A DNA stretch of 62,347 bases, filler included, from Sphacelaria rigidula (lineage: Eukaryota): assembly GCA_964200075.2 (NCBI GenBank). It is 7 parts of 7 records of this genome, joined end to end, with 100 filler letters (N's around TTAATTAATTAA, not from the genome) between each part and the next. Parts side by side here need not be neighbours in the genome. Positions count along the whole stretch, not along the records: positions 1 to 8,822 come from CAXNAA020010021.1; positions 8,923 to 17,744 come from CAXNAA020010022.1; 5 more parts are not named here. One strand, given 5' to 3'. The notes under the pieces were generated by a model. It searched no databases. It was not told the origin of the DNA and worked only from the letters and a program-made list of their open reading frames with translations. A program made the position numbers and the translations under genes. Of this stretch, positions 1 through 11,575 are shown piece by piece; within the stretch, counting starts at the first letter, position 1, and every line of letters begins with the position of its first letter.

Positions 1-155
1 CACACATACCCAGTCACCTACTTGTGTTTACTCACGTTCTCACGCTTTCCACGGTGGAAATCATACATTACAAAGAAAAACCCAACGCATCGGGAATCGA
101 ACCTCCGTTCTCTCCACCCTGCTGGCGACAGTCGGGCCATTACACCACCGGGGCG
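1..155 (-). mobile_element. tRNA-derived SINE head (body differs from the main SINE family)
   Basis: The minus strand reads GCCCCGG-TGGTGTAATGG (A box, 137-147) ... GGTTCGATTCCC (B box, 92-103). No complete cloverleaf; it continues into non-tRNA sequence. Confidence 0.6.
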
Positions 156-164
156 CGTCTGTAG

Positions 165-951
165 AAATACAACAGTAGCACTATACATGATCTTGTGTGT
201 ACTGTCGGTACGGCCCTGTATCTACAAGGCTTGAATGCGTAGGCAGTCTGTACTGCAGAGCGACGTCTGTTCGCAACACGCTGTATGCACAGATCTGAGC
301 TGAGCTACAAGTTCGCTGCACTCTAATACTCGGTTGTACGGGCAGAACGGACAACAGTATAGACACTGCTGTTGTGTTGTATGCGTTGGATGTACCACAG
401 TAGTAGCATCACCTATCTGATAGTCTTGTGTGTACTGTCAGTCCAGTCCTGCCTCTACAAGGCTTGGGTGCGTGCTGTTCGCAACACGCTGCGTGCACAG
501 ACCTGAACTGAGCTACAATATTGTACGGACAACATACAGCACAGACCGTCCTGTCCATACAGCAGTCGTCATCGATCCTGCCCTCTGCTGCTCTCATGGG
601 GTAAAGGGCCACCACGCTACTGGCGAGCGAAGGACAATGATGCAACACGCTGAATGCCTGGGAGCACCAGCGGCAGCAGTAGTATTGATGGCAACCAAGC
701 CATCACAGGTGCTGTCGTGGGCTGTAAGGTGTGTTCAAACGAGGTTCAAACGCTTTTTCTGATGACATTTTTCGATAGCCCGAGGTTATCGAAAGATCAG
801 GATTGTCCGAAAACTTTTGGCTATCGGAAAATGTCATCAGAAAAAATTCCATCAGAAAATGCGCTTTCTGATCACATAATATGTGGGCTTTTGGTCATTC
901 ATCAGAAAACGCCTTTTCTGATGGAGTTTTTTTCAAACATGAGAAGTGGCC
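165..951 (+). mobile_element. Partial copy of the Harbinger-like MITE at 50919-52147 (opposite orientation)
   Basis: Long colinear similarity to the reverse complement of ~50919-51700, including an internal tandem duplication. It ends in ...CATGAGAAGTGGCC, matching the TIR. Confidence 0.8.
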
Positions 952-959
952 TTGGTCTA

Positions 960-1108
960 CTGTGTCGTTCTGTTCGATTTTTTTTTCCCTGTTTCTTTTT
1001 TTCTTCAAAGCGTGTTTCAGTTTCGTTTTTCTTGGGTTCGTGTATCATAGGACCACGGCTGAACCCCTTGGGGGTCAGTTGAAGTGCGACAATCAATCAA
1101 TCGATCAA
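960..1108 (+). mobile_element. 3' end of a non-LTR retroelement (LINE/SINE tail) ending in (CAAT)n
   Basis: T-rich tract + GACCACGGCTGAACCCCTTGGGGGTCAGTTGAAGTGCGA + CAATCAATCAATC. Second copy at ~21470-21627. Confidence 0.6.
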
Positions 1109-1172
1109 GTCAAGGAGCGCATGCGCTCATATCCAAACAAGACAAGAAAAAAAAGTATCGCACGAGCCGGGG

Positions 1173-1457
1173 GTATCGCACAGGGGGTCTAGGTGAAGAT
1201 GTTTCAAACCGAATGATTTAATGATTTAATGATTTAATTCGATTTTTCGCGTAGGGGTCGGAATTATTTTCTACACAACCATCAGCGTTATCACACAGGG
1301 GTGCGATGCAATTAGCAGATTATGATTTTCAAAAAGCTCACTCGCAGGAGGGGGTCTAGGTGGAAATGTTCGAAACTAAACAAATAAATTCGATTTCCGC
1401 GTAGGGGTCGGAGTTATCGCACGAGGGTCAGTGTTATCACACAGAGGTGCGGTACAA
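1173..1457. repeat. Degenerate tandem duplication (~170-bp period)
   Basis: GGGGGTCTAGGTG...CGCGTAGGGGTCGGA...GTTATCACACAG occurs twice. Confidence 0.7.
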
Positions 1458-2545
1458 CAGCACTCTACGATTGAGAAAAGAACTCGGTCGCACTTTTACA
1501 GAAGTATGACTCTTTTTGTCGAAACTGTCTGAATTCCGTCGTTGAAAGCGTGAGGACGTACGTGAGGACGCTGGAAGTAGCAAAACCAGTGTTTGACAAA
1601 GCTTGTTGACGACAGTCGACGCAGGACGGAAGTGCTGATCCAATCCGTGATTCCAAAATGTAAGGTGTGTGTCGGGAGCAATATGGCTTGATCCCGTGAT
1701 ACCACGGGCTCATGCAAGTGAAGAGGGGGAGTTAGGCCGTGTCTTACGGTACGTGGATATTTTTGCGATATTTCCAGTTTGGCGACAGTTGGGACAGTTT
1801 TTAGCCCCCCAACAGGGTCGTGAAGACTTTGCATCAGCTCACGAGAGGAGTCTATTATAGCACCCTCTTCCATTCGCTTGGCGCCGAACCTTTTTTTTAT
1901 TGTTACGTAGCCTCCGAGCAAGAATACGACTGGACATGAAAGACTGTGAGCACGACGTGGAAATATTGAAAAATCACTGTGGGCACCTCATATTCATATC
2001 CAGTTGGATTCTTGGTTGGAGGCCATTCTTGAATCCTCGGAGCGAAACAAATTGGGGGAGTGGGCTAGACCTCCTCTCAGTGAGGCTATGCACAGTTTCC
2101 AAAACCCGGGGTGAAGATATTCCCTGTGTGGGGCCCAAAATCTTCTCAATTGTCCCCAAACTGGGTAATGTCGCGAAAAAATAACAAGTACGGCAAGAAA
2201 CGGCCGTTGGGGTAATATCAACGGGGCAATTTTCTCGAGAGTCTTCGATCTTCCCCGAAAAAATGAATTTTTTCCAACTTGTGCGGAAAAAAATCCCATG
2301 CTACATCTCGGAGAAATCCGTACGAGTAGTTGGTATTCGATTCATCCATCGCCTGACCTGGTTGGGAAATCTGCTCTCGCATTTCCGGGAGATGATATTT
2401 TTTCCGAAAAAATTGGAGAGCTCGGGGAGAGAGAACAGAATTGTTAATTACAGTCCTTGGTGCGCGAACAAAGAAAAAAGATCATGCTTGGATAATTATC
2501 GATGGTACAGACTGGGGCATGGCTATCAGCTCATCATCACCTTGC

Positions 2546-2590
2546 TGTACTGTACTGTACTGTACTGTACTGTACTGTACTGTACTGTAC
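2546..2590. repeat. (TGTAC)9 microsatellite
   Basis: Perfect pentanucleotide repeat. Confidence 0.95.
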
Positions 2591-3151
2591 TAACTACGCT
2601 GCAGCACCGCTGCTGTCGCAGAAAAAAGTGCTCTGCATAGTGCTGTACGCTGTGCGGTACCAAATCTAACTGTACTCCATGGCACGTTGCTGCAAATTTC
2701 CTGCGGATTTGGGCGTGCGCGACATACGCATACGCACGATCGTTTCAGTAGATATTTTTCTGCTCCTCCGTGTTCTCTCTATCTTGCGTTTTCATTTCCA
2801 TACGAACGTGACAAGCAATACTCCACTACAGCCTCAGTTTCCTTCAGCTGCATGTTACAACGCAATATTATACATGGTCCTTGGGCGGACTTGGGCACAC
2901 ACATGGCCAAAACATATAATAATAGAAGCATCAGACGACTCACGCTTCGGCTTTCATTTCATCTGAAAACGCTCACCCCCTTCGCGATGCCACTGTCCCC
3001 GCCACGTCTGTTCCTTGTTTCCGCGCATGTTTCAAATCGCAGGTGCGAACAGCTGAAATCAGTCCTAGACATCATCATCGAACACCTGTCACTTTCGCCG
3101 TCGACCACCGACAAACGGACGCAACCCCGCCACCTCGAGACAAGGAAAAAC

Positions 3152-3453
3152 ATGAAGAATCCGCTGGTAAACACCGCGGACATACTCTCCCACGTAGTCC
3201 AGTTCTTGCATGACGACGACTACCCTTTCTACTCCCTTGTGTCGAGAACATGGAACATCGCTTGGGGAGCCAAGCGCCCTACCTGCACTAGAGCGGTGAC
3301 GCCCCACACTTCCGTTTCGCAGCTGCGATTCGCCATCGAGTGCTCCCTGAAGCGGAGTTTTGTTCTTTGTCGCGCGATAGCGCAGCTTGGTAACCTGGAG
3401 CTCCTCAAGTGGGCAAGACAGAACGGCTTTCCCTGGGACTACCGAACCTGCGG
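3152..3453 (+). CDS. Exon 1 of an ankyrin-like (GCPWD-type) repeat protein with an F-box-like N-terminus
   Basis: ATG at 3152: MKNPLVNTADILSHVVQFL...LVSRTW...AQLGNLELLKWARQNGFPWDYRTC. Donor GTGAGT at 3454 (phase 2). Confidence 0.85.
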
Positions 3454-3768
3454 GTGAGTCAAATGGTCTTTGGGACCGCGGGGTATTTAGCGGTCATTTT
3501 GAGTTGCACGGAAAAGGGTACCTGTCGTCTCCACACCGCTGAGCCACATCATCTTTTGGCCGTTCCTCAGGTTTTGCTGTACAGTCAGTATAATGCTCGA
3601 GGTTTTGTACATCGTGGCTCGGCTGTTTTTTTCTTCAACACTCGTGCAAGCCGCCCTGGATCTGGATCTTTTCACCATGAGGCAAATCTGCTTCTGGTTG
3701 CGTTTTCCCTCCAACTTTTCCCCCCTCCAACATGTAATCCTTGCTTGGTTTTTGGAAAAAAAACATAG

Positions 3769-4282
3769 GGTGGCCGCTGAGGCCGGTCATCTCGGGGTGG
3801 TCAAGTGGTCACGAGAAAATGGCTGCCCCGCCAACGGCTGGGTGTGCGCGAGAGCCGCGTTAGGCGGACATTTACACGTGCTCACCTGGCTCAGGAAGGC
3901 GAAGGTTCCTTGGGATAGTCTCACGTGCGCCAAAGCGGCAGAGGGGGGCCACCTCGAAATACTCGAGTGGTGCCGTGTGCGCGGCTGTCCCTGGGATGCG
4001 CGTGCCTGCTCATCCGCGGCGGGCAGGGGTCGTCTTGAGATCCTGAAGTGGTGCAGGGTTAATGGCTGCCCTTGGGACAGCCTCACCTGCCAAAGTGCTG
4101 CCGAGGGAGGACATTTGGACGTGCTGCAGTGGGCCAGGGCTTACGGCTGTCCGTGGGAAATCGGTACTACGAGGCAAGCGGGGTATAACGGTCATCTGAC
4201 AGTGCTGCAGTACGCCGTGGCTAATGGTTGTGAGATGGATGAGGGGGTCTGCGCCAACGCGGCTCGTGGGGGGCACCTGAAG
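3769..4282 (+). CDS. Exon 2 of the ankyrin-like repeat protein (about seven ~25-aa AAxGGHLxVLxWxRxxGCPWD units)
   Basis: Acceptor CATAG at 3764-3768 is phase-compatible with exon 1 (GG|G = Gly). Repeated AAEGGHLEILEWCRVRGCPWD-like units. Probable donor AAG|GTGAAT at 4283, or read-through to the stop at 4345. No downstream exon identified. Confidence 0.88.
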
Positions 4283-4469
4283 GTGAATCTTTCACACGTC
4301 AATATGAACGAAAGAGAATGGCCGCTTTCGTACGCGGAGGGTTAATATCAATGGGTCTGGTTTTCCCTCCGACATGTCCGGATTTTCCAGAAAACAAACG
4401 TTTTCTCCGGAAAGTTTGAGAGCAGTAATAATGTCAGGAAGATCATTTCAATATTGCATATTTACTCAG

Positions 4470-4878
4470 GCACCGTAGGTAAGGTAGGTACCCGGCATAG
4501 GTATTTGGGATATCTCATACCCTACCGATACTGGTCCAATCCGGTATCTTCAAATGGCATACCTACGATACCTACGATACGAGGGTATTTCGAGATTTCA
4601 GTACCTACCGTACCCGCCCAATCCGGTATTGTCAAATGTTATGCCTACGATACCCACAATACGAGGGTATTTCGAGATTTCAATACCTACCGTACCCGCC
4701 CAATCCGGTATTTTCAGATGTCATGCCTACGATACCTACGATACGAGGGTATTTCGAGATTTCAATACCTACCGTACCCGCCCAATCCGGTATTTTCAAA
4801 ACTCATACCTACGATACCGTCGCATACCACGGTATGGGATACCCCGGCAAATAACGTGGGTATGCCCGGTATTTACCG
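4470..4878. repeat. 82-bp tandem repeat (~3.5 units) rich in TACC/GGTA; related fragment at ~5390-5500
   Basis: CCAATCCGGTAT recurs at ~4536, 4618, 4700 and 4782. Confidence 0.85.
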
Positions 4879-6089
4879 AACGCGATTCACTCCCCACGAC
4901 GCAGCAGCTGGTGCCAACTCACGCTGAGGTCAGAAGCTGTCGGAGTAGGCACGTCTTGTTTCCACAAGTAATTAATACCCAGATTTCCCCTATATTGCGT
5001 GTTTGGATCAATTCCAATGAAATATTCCCATGTCCTCTGATGTTTTTGGTGTGTGGGTATAAAATGAATATTAGATAATCAATTGAAGGTATACAATGTT
5101 CCACGTCGAAGATGAGCATCATACGCAATAATTTTCCACGTGCAAGCAAACAGGCAGAAAAATAACGAAAACGAGCAGAAATAAAAAAACGAGGGGTCGC
5201 GGGAGGCATACAATATACACAACAATGTGCCAAAATTCCAATGAAATAACCTTCCATATATATATACCGTAGACACTGCGCAATTGCCGGGTGCTCTGAA
5301 TGAAAAAATACAACTACACACAAAGGGGCAAACCCTACTCTTACGTACTACTGCACTGAAACGCTTCGCACTGCCAGATGACAGTTTTAAATTTGGTATA
5401 GAGGGTGAGGCAGGTACCCTGTACCGATATTTGAGACATCTCATACCCTGCCCATACCTGTGCAATCCGGTATTTTCAAATGTCATACCTACGATACCTA
5501 CAATTGAAGGTGAGGAATATGTACGAGTGATTTATTTCTGTATGTGGAAATTGGGAAGCATGGACGCTTGATTCACGTACAGTAGGTATGTACATACCCC
5601 ATGATCATGCTGCATGAATGAAAAATTTCAAATATGTACGCTTGATTCACCTCGTATGAGTGGAGGGTGGAACACATGCGTATGATTCATGCTGTATGAA
5701 TCGAAGGTTTAGGTTTCGTGCTACTGTTCGCTGTCCGCTATGCAGATTATACATCACTAAGCTGTTCTGTTCTGTACTGTTATGCCGTTATGCCCGTGAG
5801 GGGGGCCCGATTTTGGGCACTACATACCGGGAAAATGGACTGAACAACTACACAGTCAGTTGAATTCAGGAGAAATGAAACCTAAATGAGCCAGTCAGTA
5901 TCAATCACAAGTACACCCCTTACTCGAAGTGACGACGACGACGCCTACACAAAATGTACTATTACTACTATAGTACATTCTACAACGCCCTCATGACTGA
6001 CGTTGCTGTACACCGGTACACATAGTTTTAGCAACAGGATAGAAGATGCTGCTCGTGTTGTTGTTGTGCCCCCCATGTTGCAGTATGTT

Positions 6090-6422
6090 GTTGTGCCTAT
6101 CTTTCAACGCGGTTTCCTCGGCAACGAAGCAGAGGATTGGACTGTGGTTTGATGCGTGCGCTTCCCACACATCAAAACCTGCCAGTGTGGCGGCGGATTT
6201 CTGTAACGGGTGCCGCAAAGGCCGCATCACTTCGCAAACCGCTGCATCAAACACAAAATGTTCTACCAACATGTTTCCTCCAACGTGCTGGGACTTCTCG
6301 GGTCCGCTGTGCCGAACTGAGTAACTCCGCCGCTACACTGGTTGGGTATAGTGTGTGTGCGGGGGGCTGTGAAGTGCCACAGGCCGGTTTGCTCCTTGTC
6401 TCGGGAAAACACTGAAAACACT
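6090..6422 (+). repeat. Dispersed repeat; inverted copy at ~13548-13880
   Basis: The blocks GGGTCCGCTGTG and TGTGAAG..CCACAGGCCGG.TTGCT match the reverse complement of the 13.6-kb region. Confidence 0.65.
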
Positions 6423-6496
6423 TTAATATGTGCACGGAACAAAAACTGGTCTACCCTCTTGACTGCGGGTCGAAATACATTGATATGATGTTGATA

Positions 6497-6523
6497 TTGT
6501 TGTTGTTGTTGTTGTTGTTGTTG
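6497..6523. repeat. (TTG)9 microsatellite
   Basis: Perfect trinucleotide run. Confidence 0.9.
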
Positions 6524-8822
6524 TCGGGTTGTACCGACGTCAATGAGGGGTCTCTCACTATTGAAAGCAGAAGATGTGAAGAGGAAAGGGGATAGAGTTG
6601 ATTCAAAGAACAATCCCTGGCATCGCGAGCACATCTCGGAAACCCGTCAGGCCGTGTAGTTTATCGAGACAAGAAAATAGCGAAAAGAAACGAGAGAAAT
6701 TAGGAGAATTTTGATTGATCGCCTCAATGCCTCCCGCCCCCTCCCCCATGACAAAAAAGCGGCGACGTTTTGGGGTACAGAGGGAGGGGGCAGGGGTGCT
6801 CATTTGTTGCTTGCCTTAGTCTTTTGACCATTGATCACGCATCCCTTTCGAGAGCGGCATTTTGGGGGTGGGCTGGGGGCGGTGGTGCTTTTCCCCGGAA
6901 ATCAGTTAACATTTTGGGGTCATTTGCAAAGACGTTTTGGGGCTACTTGACGTTGAGGGGAACATGAATCATCGGCGCGATGACCCTTCGTGTGCTACAC
7001 GCTTGTCACAGAGCCCGAACCTGAGGCACAAGCACAAATCAGCGTCTGATCGCCCTGTCCCAATCACATACACAGTGCTTAGCTCGAGCCGTAGATGTTG
7101 ATCAATGACGTGAGGCGTTTTTGGCTTGGGGCTAATCGTCTCAAAGATTGTTGGAGGCTCGGTGATTCCTGTTAGACGCGCGCCGTACAACACACGCACA
7201 ACCAACGGACACCATCGTGAGCAACTTTGTGGCACAAACATGGCTGCCTTTCTTCTAATACTGAACAGACCATCGACATGGTGTGTAGATAAGCAAAAGC
7301 CAGCGCTAGGAGTAATGCGCTTGTGCTGTAGGTGTAAGTGTGTGTTTGTTCGGGGTCGGTTGTGTAGACGTGAGGTATTCCAGTCGCGCTCGTTGGAATT
7401 TCCAGAACTGGTGCCGACTGCGTCCAGAAACGAAGGAGACGCCGCTCTTACAAAGAACGGGTTGTTGTGGGCTGCCGGACAAGTTGTTTTGCCCGCTTCT
7501 TCTATTTTTTTTGTCTCGAAAAGTAACGGCCTGAGCCACACTCGGCAACAGGTGCGGGGCCATCGTAGGATTCACATGAGAAAAACGCCTTTTGTGGTTT
7601 AAATCACCTGTGGCACGATATGAGTGATGTGCTGTGCGCACGGCACGGTAACAGCGCATCACGATACATATTCCTCGGTATTATTGGTGGAATTATGATT
7701 TGATAACACCGTAATACGGTACGATGCTGGAATTTCCAGGTTTGTGCTCCGTTCCCCGTTCTCCAACGAAGGCCATGGCCGGTCTTGTCGGTACGGCGTG
7801 GGGAGGGTCTTTTTCGGCGGGTGGTGTAGGGCCGGAATCACCTTCTAGGAGTGATTCTTTCTCACTACCGTCCTTGGCCAAGACCGTGGTGTGGTGGTAA
7901 AGTTGGGTCAGCGCGGTGCTCATCAGGCACATCCACCCCTGTTGTAATGCAGCAGTGTAATATGTCAACACCCTGAGTGCGAGCATATTCTGCGTTACAG
8001 TGTAATGTGTCAACACCCTAAGTGTGGGCATGTTGGGATTCGGTGTGTGCGTGGTGGCAGTTGACACCGCTGTCGAAAGCTGGCACGCGCATCCTTGATA
8101 CAAAAAAGCGTGTGCCGGTGTGTAGACTGGTTTCAGTGACAAGGATGGAGGAGGAGCGGTCGTCGACGGACGGGTTGGATCCGGTTGAGCCTCCTGGACG
8201 AGGAACTTACCACAGACCAAAACCAGAGTGCATAACTACGGAGGAAGTGTTTCATCACGAAAGGAAGCGGAGGAGGCCCTGTTTGGGGATCATAAACACC
8301 GGAGAGGATGAGCGGTTGGTTTGTGCATAGACACTGGTAAGGACAAAAAGGAGCGGCAGGATGTCAACTTCCAAAAGGACCTTGCAACGGAGAATAACAA
8401 AAGAGGCGGCTAATTTTCGTTGAGGGGGGAATATTATTGTCTGTTGGGTTTTGTTACAGTTGTTTGTTGTGGATACTACGTACAGATAGTATCCCATGTT
8501 TTCGTGGTTGATAATAGGACTCTCTGAACACTTCATATTTTTGCTGATAGCGCTATGCCGTGTGTAGGCTAGACGCGCTCTGTCTGTAGCGTTTCCATGA
8601 GGATGCTACTTGACCAGAACCCGAGGGAGGTCATAGTTCCTCGCTTTCCCTCCTCGTTGCCATCAGGTTGTCCTTTTTTGTTCTTCATGTACTTGTTGGA
8701 TCTTCCTATCTAGCGTTGTTTAGTCTCCGATGCGCAGGCTCTGTAGAGCATCTCTTTGAACAGCACTCCAGACAGTAGATCTATTTTGGGATTGGTCTTT
8801 GTTCAATGCGACAGTTTCGATT

Positions 8823-8922
8823 NNNNNNNNNNNNNNNNNNNNNNNNNNNNNNNNNNNNNNNNNNNNTTAATTAATTAANNNNNNNNNNNNNNNNNNNNNN
8901 NNNNNNNNNNNNNNNNNNNNNN
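8823..8922. other. Artificial scaffold-joining spacer (44N-TTAATTAATTAA-44N). Identical spacers at 17745-17844, 26667-26766, 35588-35687, 44508-44607 and 53428-53527
   Basis: Six identical 100-bp spacers whose 12-mer gives stops in all six frames. The intervening segments are 8822/8822/8822/8821/8820/8820/8820 bp, i.e. size-sorted. Confidence 0.97.
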
Positions 8923-9059
8923 GCAAGTCATCGGCAGAGGGATACGCAGAATTCATGACGGTAGTTCATTTCGTCTTTCCACGGCCCACCTTGGTTTAGT
9001 GCCTCGTGAAAATGACCACATCGTAGCATGTACATTCCTTCCCGGGTTTTTCCGGCCGA

Positions 9060-9405
9060 CCCTGTGTTAGTGTAATTACTACGTTTTAATATGAAATGTG
9101 TGGCCTGAAAACCCCACCGGAAAACTCGGGAACGCTGTACTGAGTGCAAGTAATATCATATAACCAAGTTCCGACCGCCCTGCTCTTGGAAACCTGGGAA
9201 GGCTTATCTGGGCCACGGATAGATGGGGCCCCCACACGATCTTTGCAGTGGCATTACACTCGCCAACAACCCCCGCGCTGGTCGTTCGGGTCTGGTCGAT
9301 AAATATCGCTCGCCGTGATTGGGCAGGTCGCTTCCTGACTTATTTTTAATTATTTCACCAACACAGGGTTGACCCTGTGTTAGTGGGGGGTCGGTCCCAA
9401 AAGGG
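9060..9405. mobile_element. piggyBac-like MITE (9060-9368) followed by a very short relative (9373-9405)
   Basis: Termini CCCTGTGTTAGTG ... CACCAACACAGGG, then TTGA, then CCCTGTGTTAGTG...CCCAAAAGGG-TCAA. The internal part is similar to ~13350-13520, which also ends CCCAAAAGGG-TTGA. Confidence 0.55.
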
Positions 9406-9455
9406 TCAAGACTACCCTTGCGATTCTCCTTTCAACAATCGGTCATCGAAATCGA

Positions 9456-9855
9456 GGATGGAGCTTTTCATTGAGAATGAGAACCGGGAGTATTAAAGTT
9501 TTCGTATCCACACCAAATCTTTGACATATGATTCCATTACTTCACCTACTGGTAGCTATTGACAACTGCTACACGTCCTACAAATTTCGATTTCGATTAC
9601 CGGAATGTTGGAGTCCTGGATGAATAAACAATTTCGGGAAATTTAGGTGATCCGATCGGATCGCCGAAATCCCCTGAAGTTGGTTATTCACCTACGACCC
9701 CAACATTTCGGTTATCGAAATCACAACTCGTATGGTGTGTAGTACTTGTCAATAGATACCAGTAGGTGAAGGAATGGAGCCATATTCCGAAGATTTGGTG
9801 TTGGTACGAAGGTTTTAATCCTCCGGATTCTCATCTTCAATGAAAAGTTCCATCC
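9456..9855. repeat. ~400-bp loopless imperfect palindrome (fold-back)
   Basis: Symmetric about GATCCGA|TCGGATC (9655/9656). The arms match out to GGATGGAGCTTTTCATTGA / TCAATGAAAAGTTCCATCC. Confidence 0.9.
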
Positions 9856-11445
9856 CCAACTTGGATAATCGGCTGTTTTTTTCAATTTCAAATCAAAATT
9901 CTCAAAATGGAGCTGAGAAACTGAGACGAGGGCCAAAAACAATGTCCGTATTTCCTTGAAACGCCCCTATAATACGGAAACAATGAATTGAAAAAAAAAC
10001 TTCAAGAAATTAAAGATTTTTTCTTGTATCGCGGCCCAATTCGTCTTTATGTCGATGAGATGTTGCTGTGGGAATTTGAATCCGTTTCTAGGCCGGACCA
10101 GCTCGTCAGCCACACTTGGGTTCAGGACGCTATATACTGTCCCTTCCCCGTCGACCAACGACGAGTCCTCCTCGCCATCAGCACCGCTTTTGGCCTCGAG
10201 GGAAAAGCCCAACACCTCAACTCCCTTCAGCAATTTCTTGACTCTAAATCGACTCGGGATGGCCCTTGCGACCCCTTCCTCCGTCGACTAAGAAATGCCT
10301 CTCGGGATGTCGTCGAGCTGGCCTCGCAGGTAGCAAGACCGTCTCCAGGTTGGCGGGGTCAACGCCACCACATTTGCGAGGTTTGAACATGTCTACGACG
10401 CAGAAGTCACGCTCCATTTCACCAACGCACGGGGGGGGGGGTACCGAGCATCATCTGCGCCAGAGATCGAAGAATATGGCAAACGTTCTTGGTCGCGAGT
10501 CCGCCAGTAGTGCTCATCGCTCATCTTCTTCTCCCTAATCTGCAATGCGGAGCAACGAACAGAACAAACATAGTACGTACAGGCTGGGAGAGGGTGAACG
10601 CCCAAATTTTATTCCCCCTCGCGACTTCCCAGGCGGGATTTTGGAGTAGGACTCTGGAGTTTTGTGCATGTGTACTACTATGGGATATTGCGAATCGTTC
10701 ACACCCTAGGTAGTATACATGATCCAAAAATACAATACAACATACAAAGACTGCGTTAAGCATAGGTCTATTGCAATTATTGTGGGTAAGTTTTCTATGG
10801 ATTTTGTCTTCATTTCGCCAGACATCCGGGGTCCCGGGGGTTCCGGGGGCCATTTGGACTCGTGGTACCCCGGATATCTGACGAAGGGAAGTAGAGCAAA
10901 ACATCCTTCATGTAAAGTTTCCAAGTACCTCATGGTACACGTGTGCAAAATTTCAGGGTCAAACTCCAGAAGCCCATGAGAAATCGCCCTTCTGTCGAAG
11001 TGTGCAATGATATGTTGAATCGCCCAATGACTTGATTTTAGTATCAAACCGACTTTTTTTCTTCTACGCTCAAGCTTGCATTCGAGCGGGGCCACCCTAA
11101 AAGCGAATCATCGGTAGGTTGCAGGCGGTGATGCGTCGATGTGAGTCGCGCTTTAAAATTTTGGTGCGGAGAATCGCTGGGGCATAAAAGAAAAAAGACA
11201 CTTCAGTTTCCCGAGATGTTTTTTGTCATGGGTTGAGGGCACCAAGCCAGATCCAGATTTCACGGGAGCGGCCTTGATGTGAACGGTCGGTGTGAAACTG
11301 TCAGGTGAGACGATGATTGTCTTCCTTGTTATTCGAGCAAGGATCCTCCGTGGTCGGGTTTGTAGGCTGTTGAGTCACTCTGCACCGAACGGAATATAGT
11401 GGCCTCCACAAAAAGTAATGAAAATATCCATAAAACAAAATCTCA

Positions 11446-11575
11446 GGCTGCTTCTTATAGCGAACAAAAGTGAAGTCCTCTAAAAAATGCATTTTTGGTC
11501 TTTCTTCGTCGTTTCACGCCCTAAAAGAGAGCTAGGCGGAGTTTGACACCTTGGAATGACTTGCTCTACTCGTTT
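11446..11575 (+). mobile_element. One arm of the fold-back MITE family seen at 17968-18443
   Basis: GGCTGCTTCTTATA start and shared CGTCGTTTCACGCCC..AAAGAGAGCTAGGCGGAGTTTGACAC block. Confidence 0.7.

Noticed and set aside
2687..3151. N-terminal extension of ORF 2687-3457
   Set aside because: It uses a non-ATG start and has no protein-like features. ATG 3152 directly precedes the recognisable domain.
4530..4815. CRISPR-like array (also 24600-25780 and 54333-57443)
   Set aside because: Whole units are repeated with no unique spacers, there are no cas genes, and the context is eukaryotic.
8867..8878. TTAATTAATTAA recurring every ~8.9 kb as a biological motif
   Set aside because: It is always centred in exactly 44+44 N, so it is an assembly linker.
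9967..10386. ORFs 9988-10386 (+) and 9967-10233 (-) as genes
   Set aside because: No identifiable domain or convincing splice structure; possibly a TE remnant.
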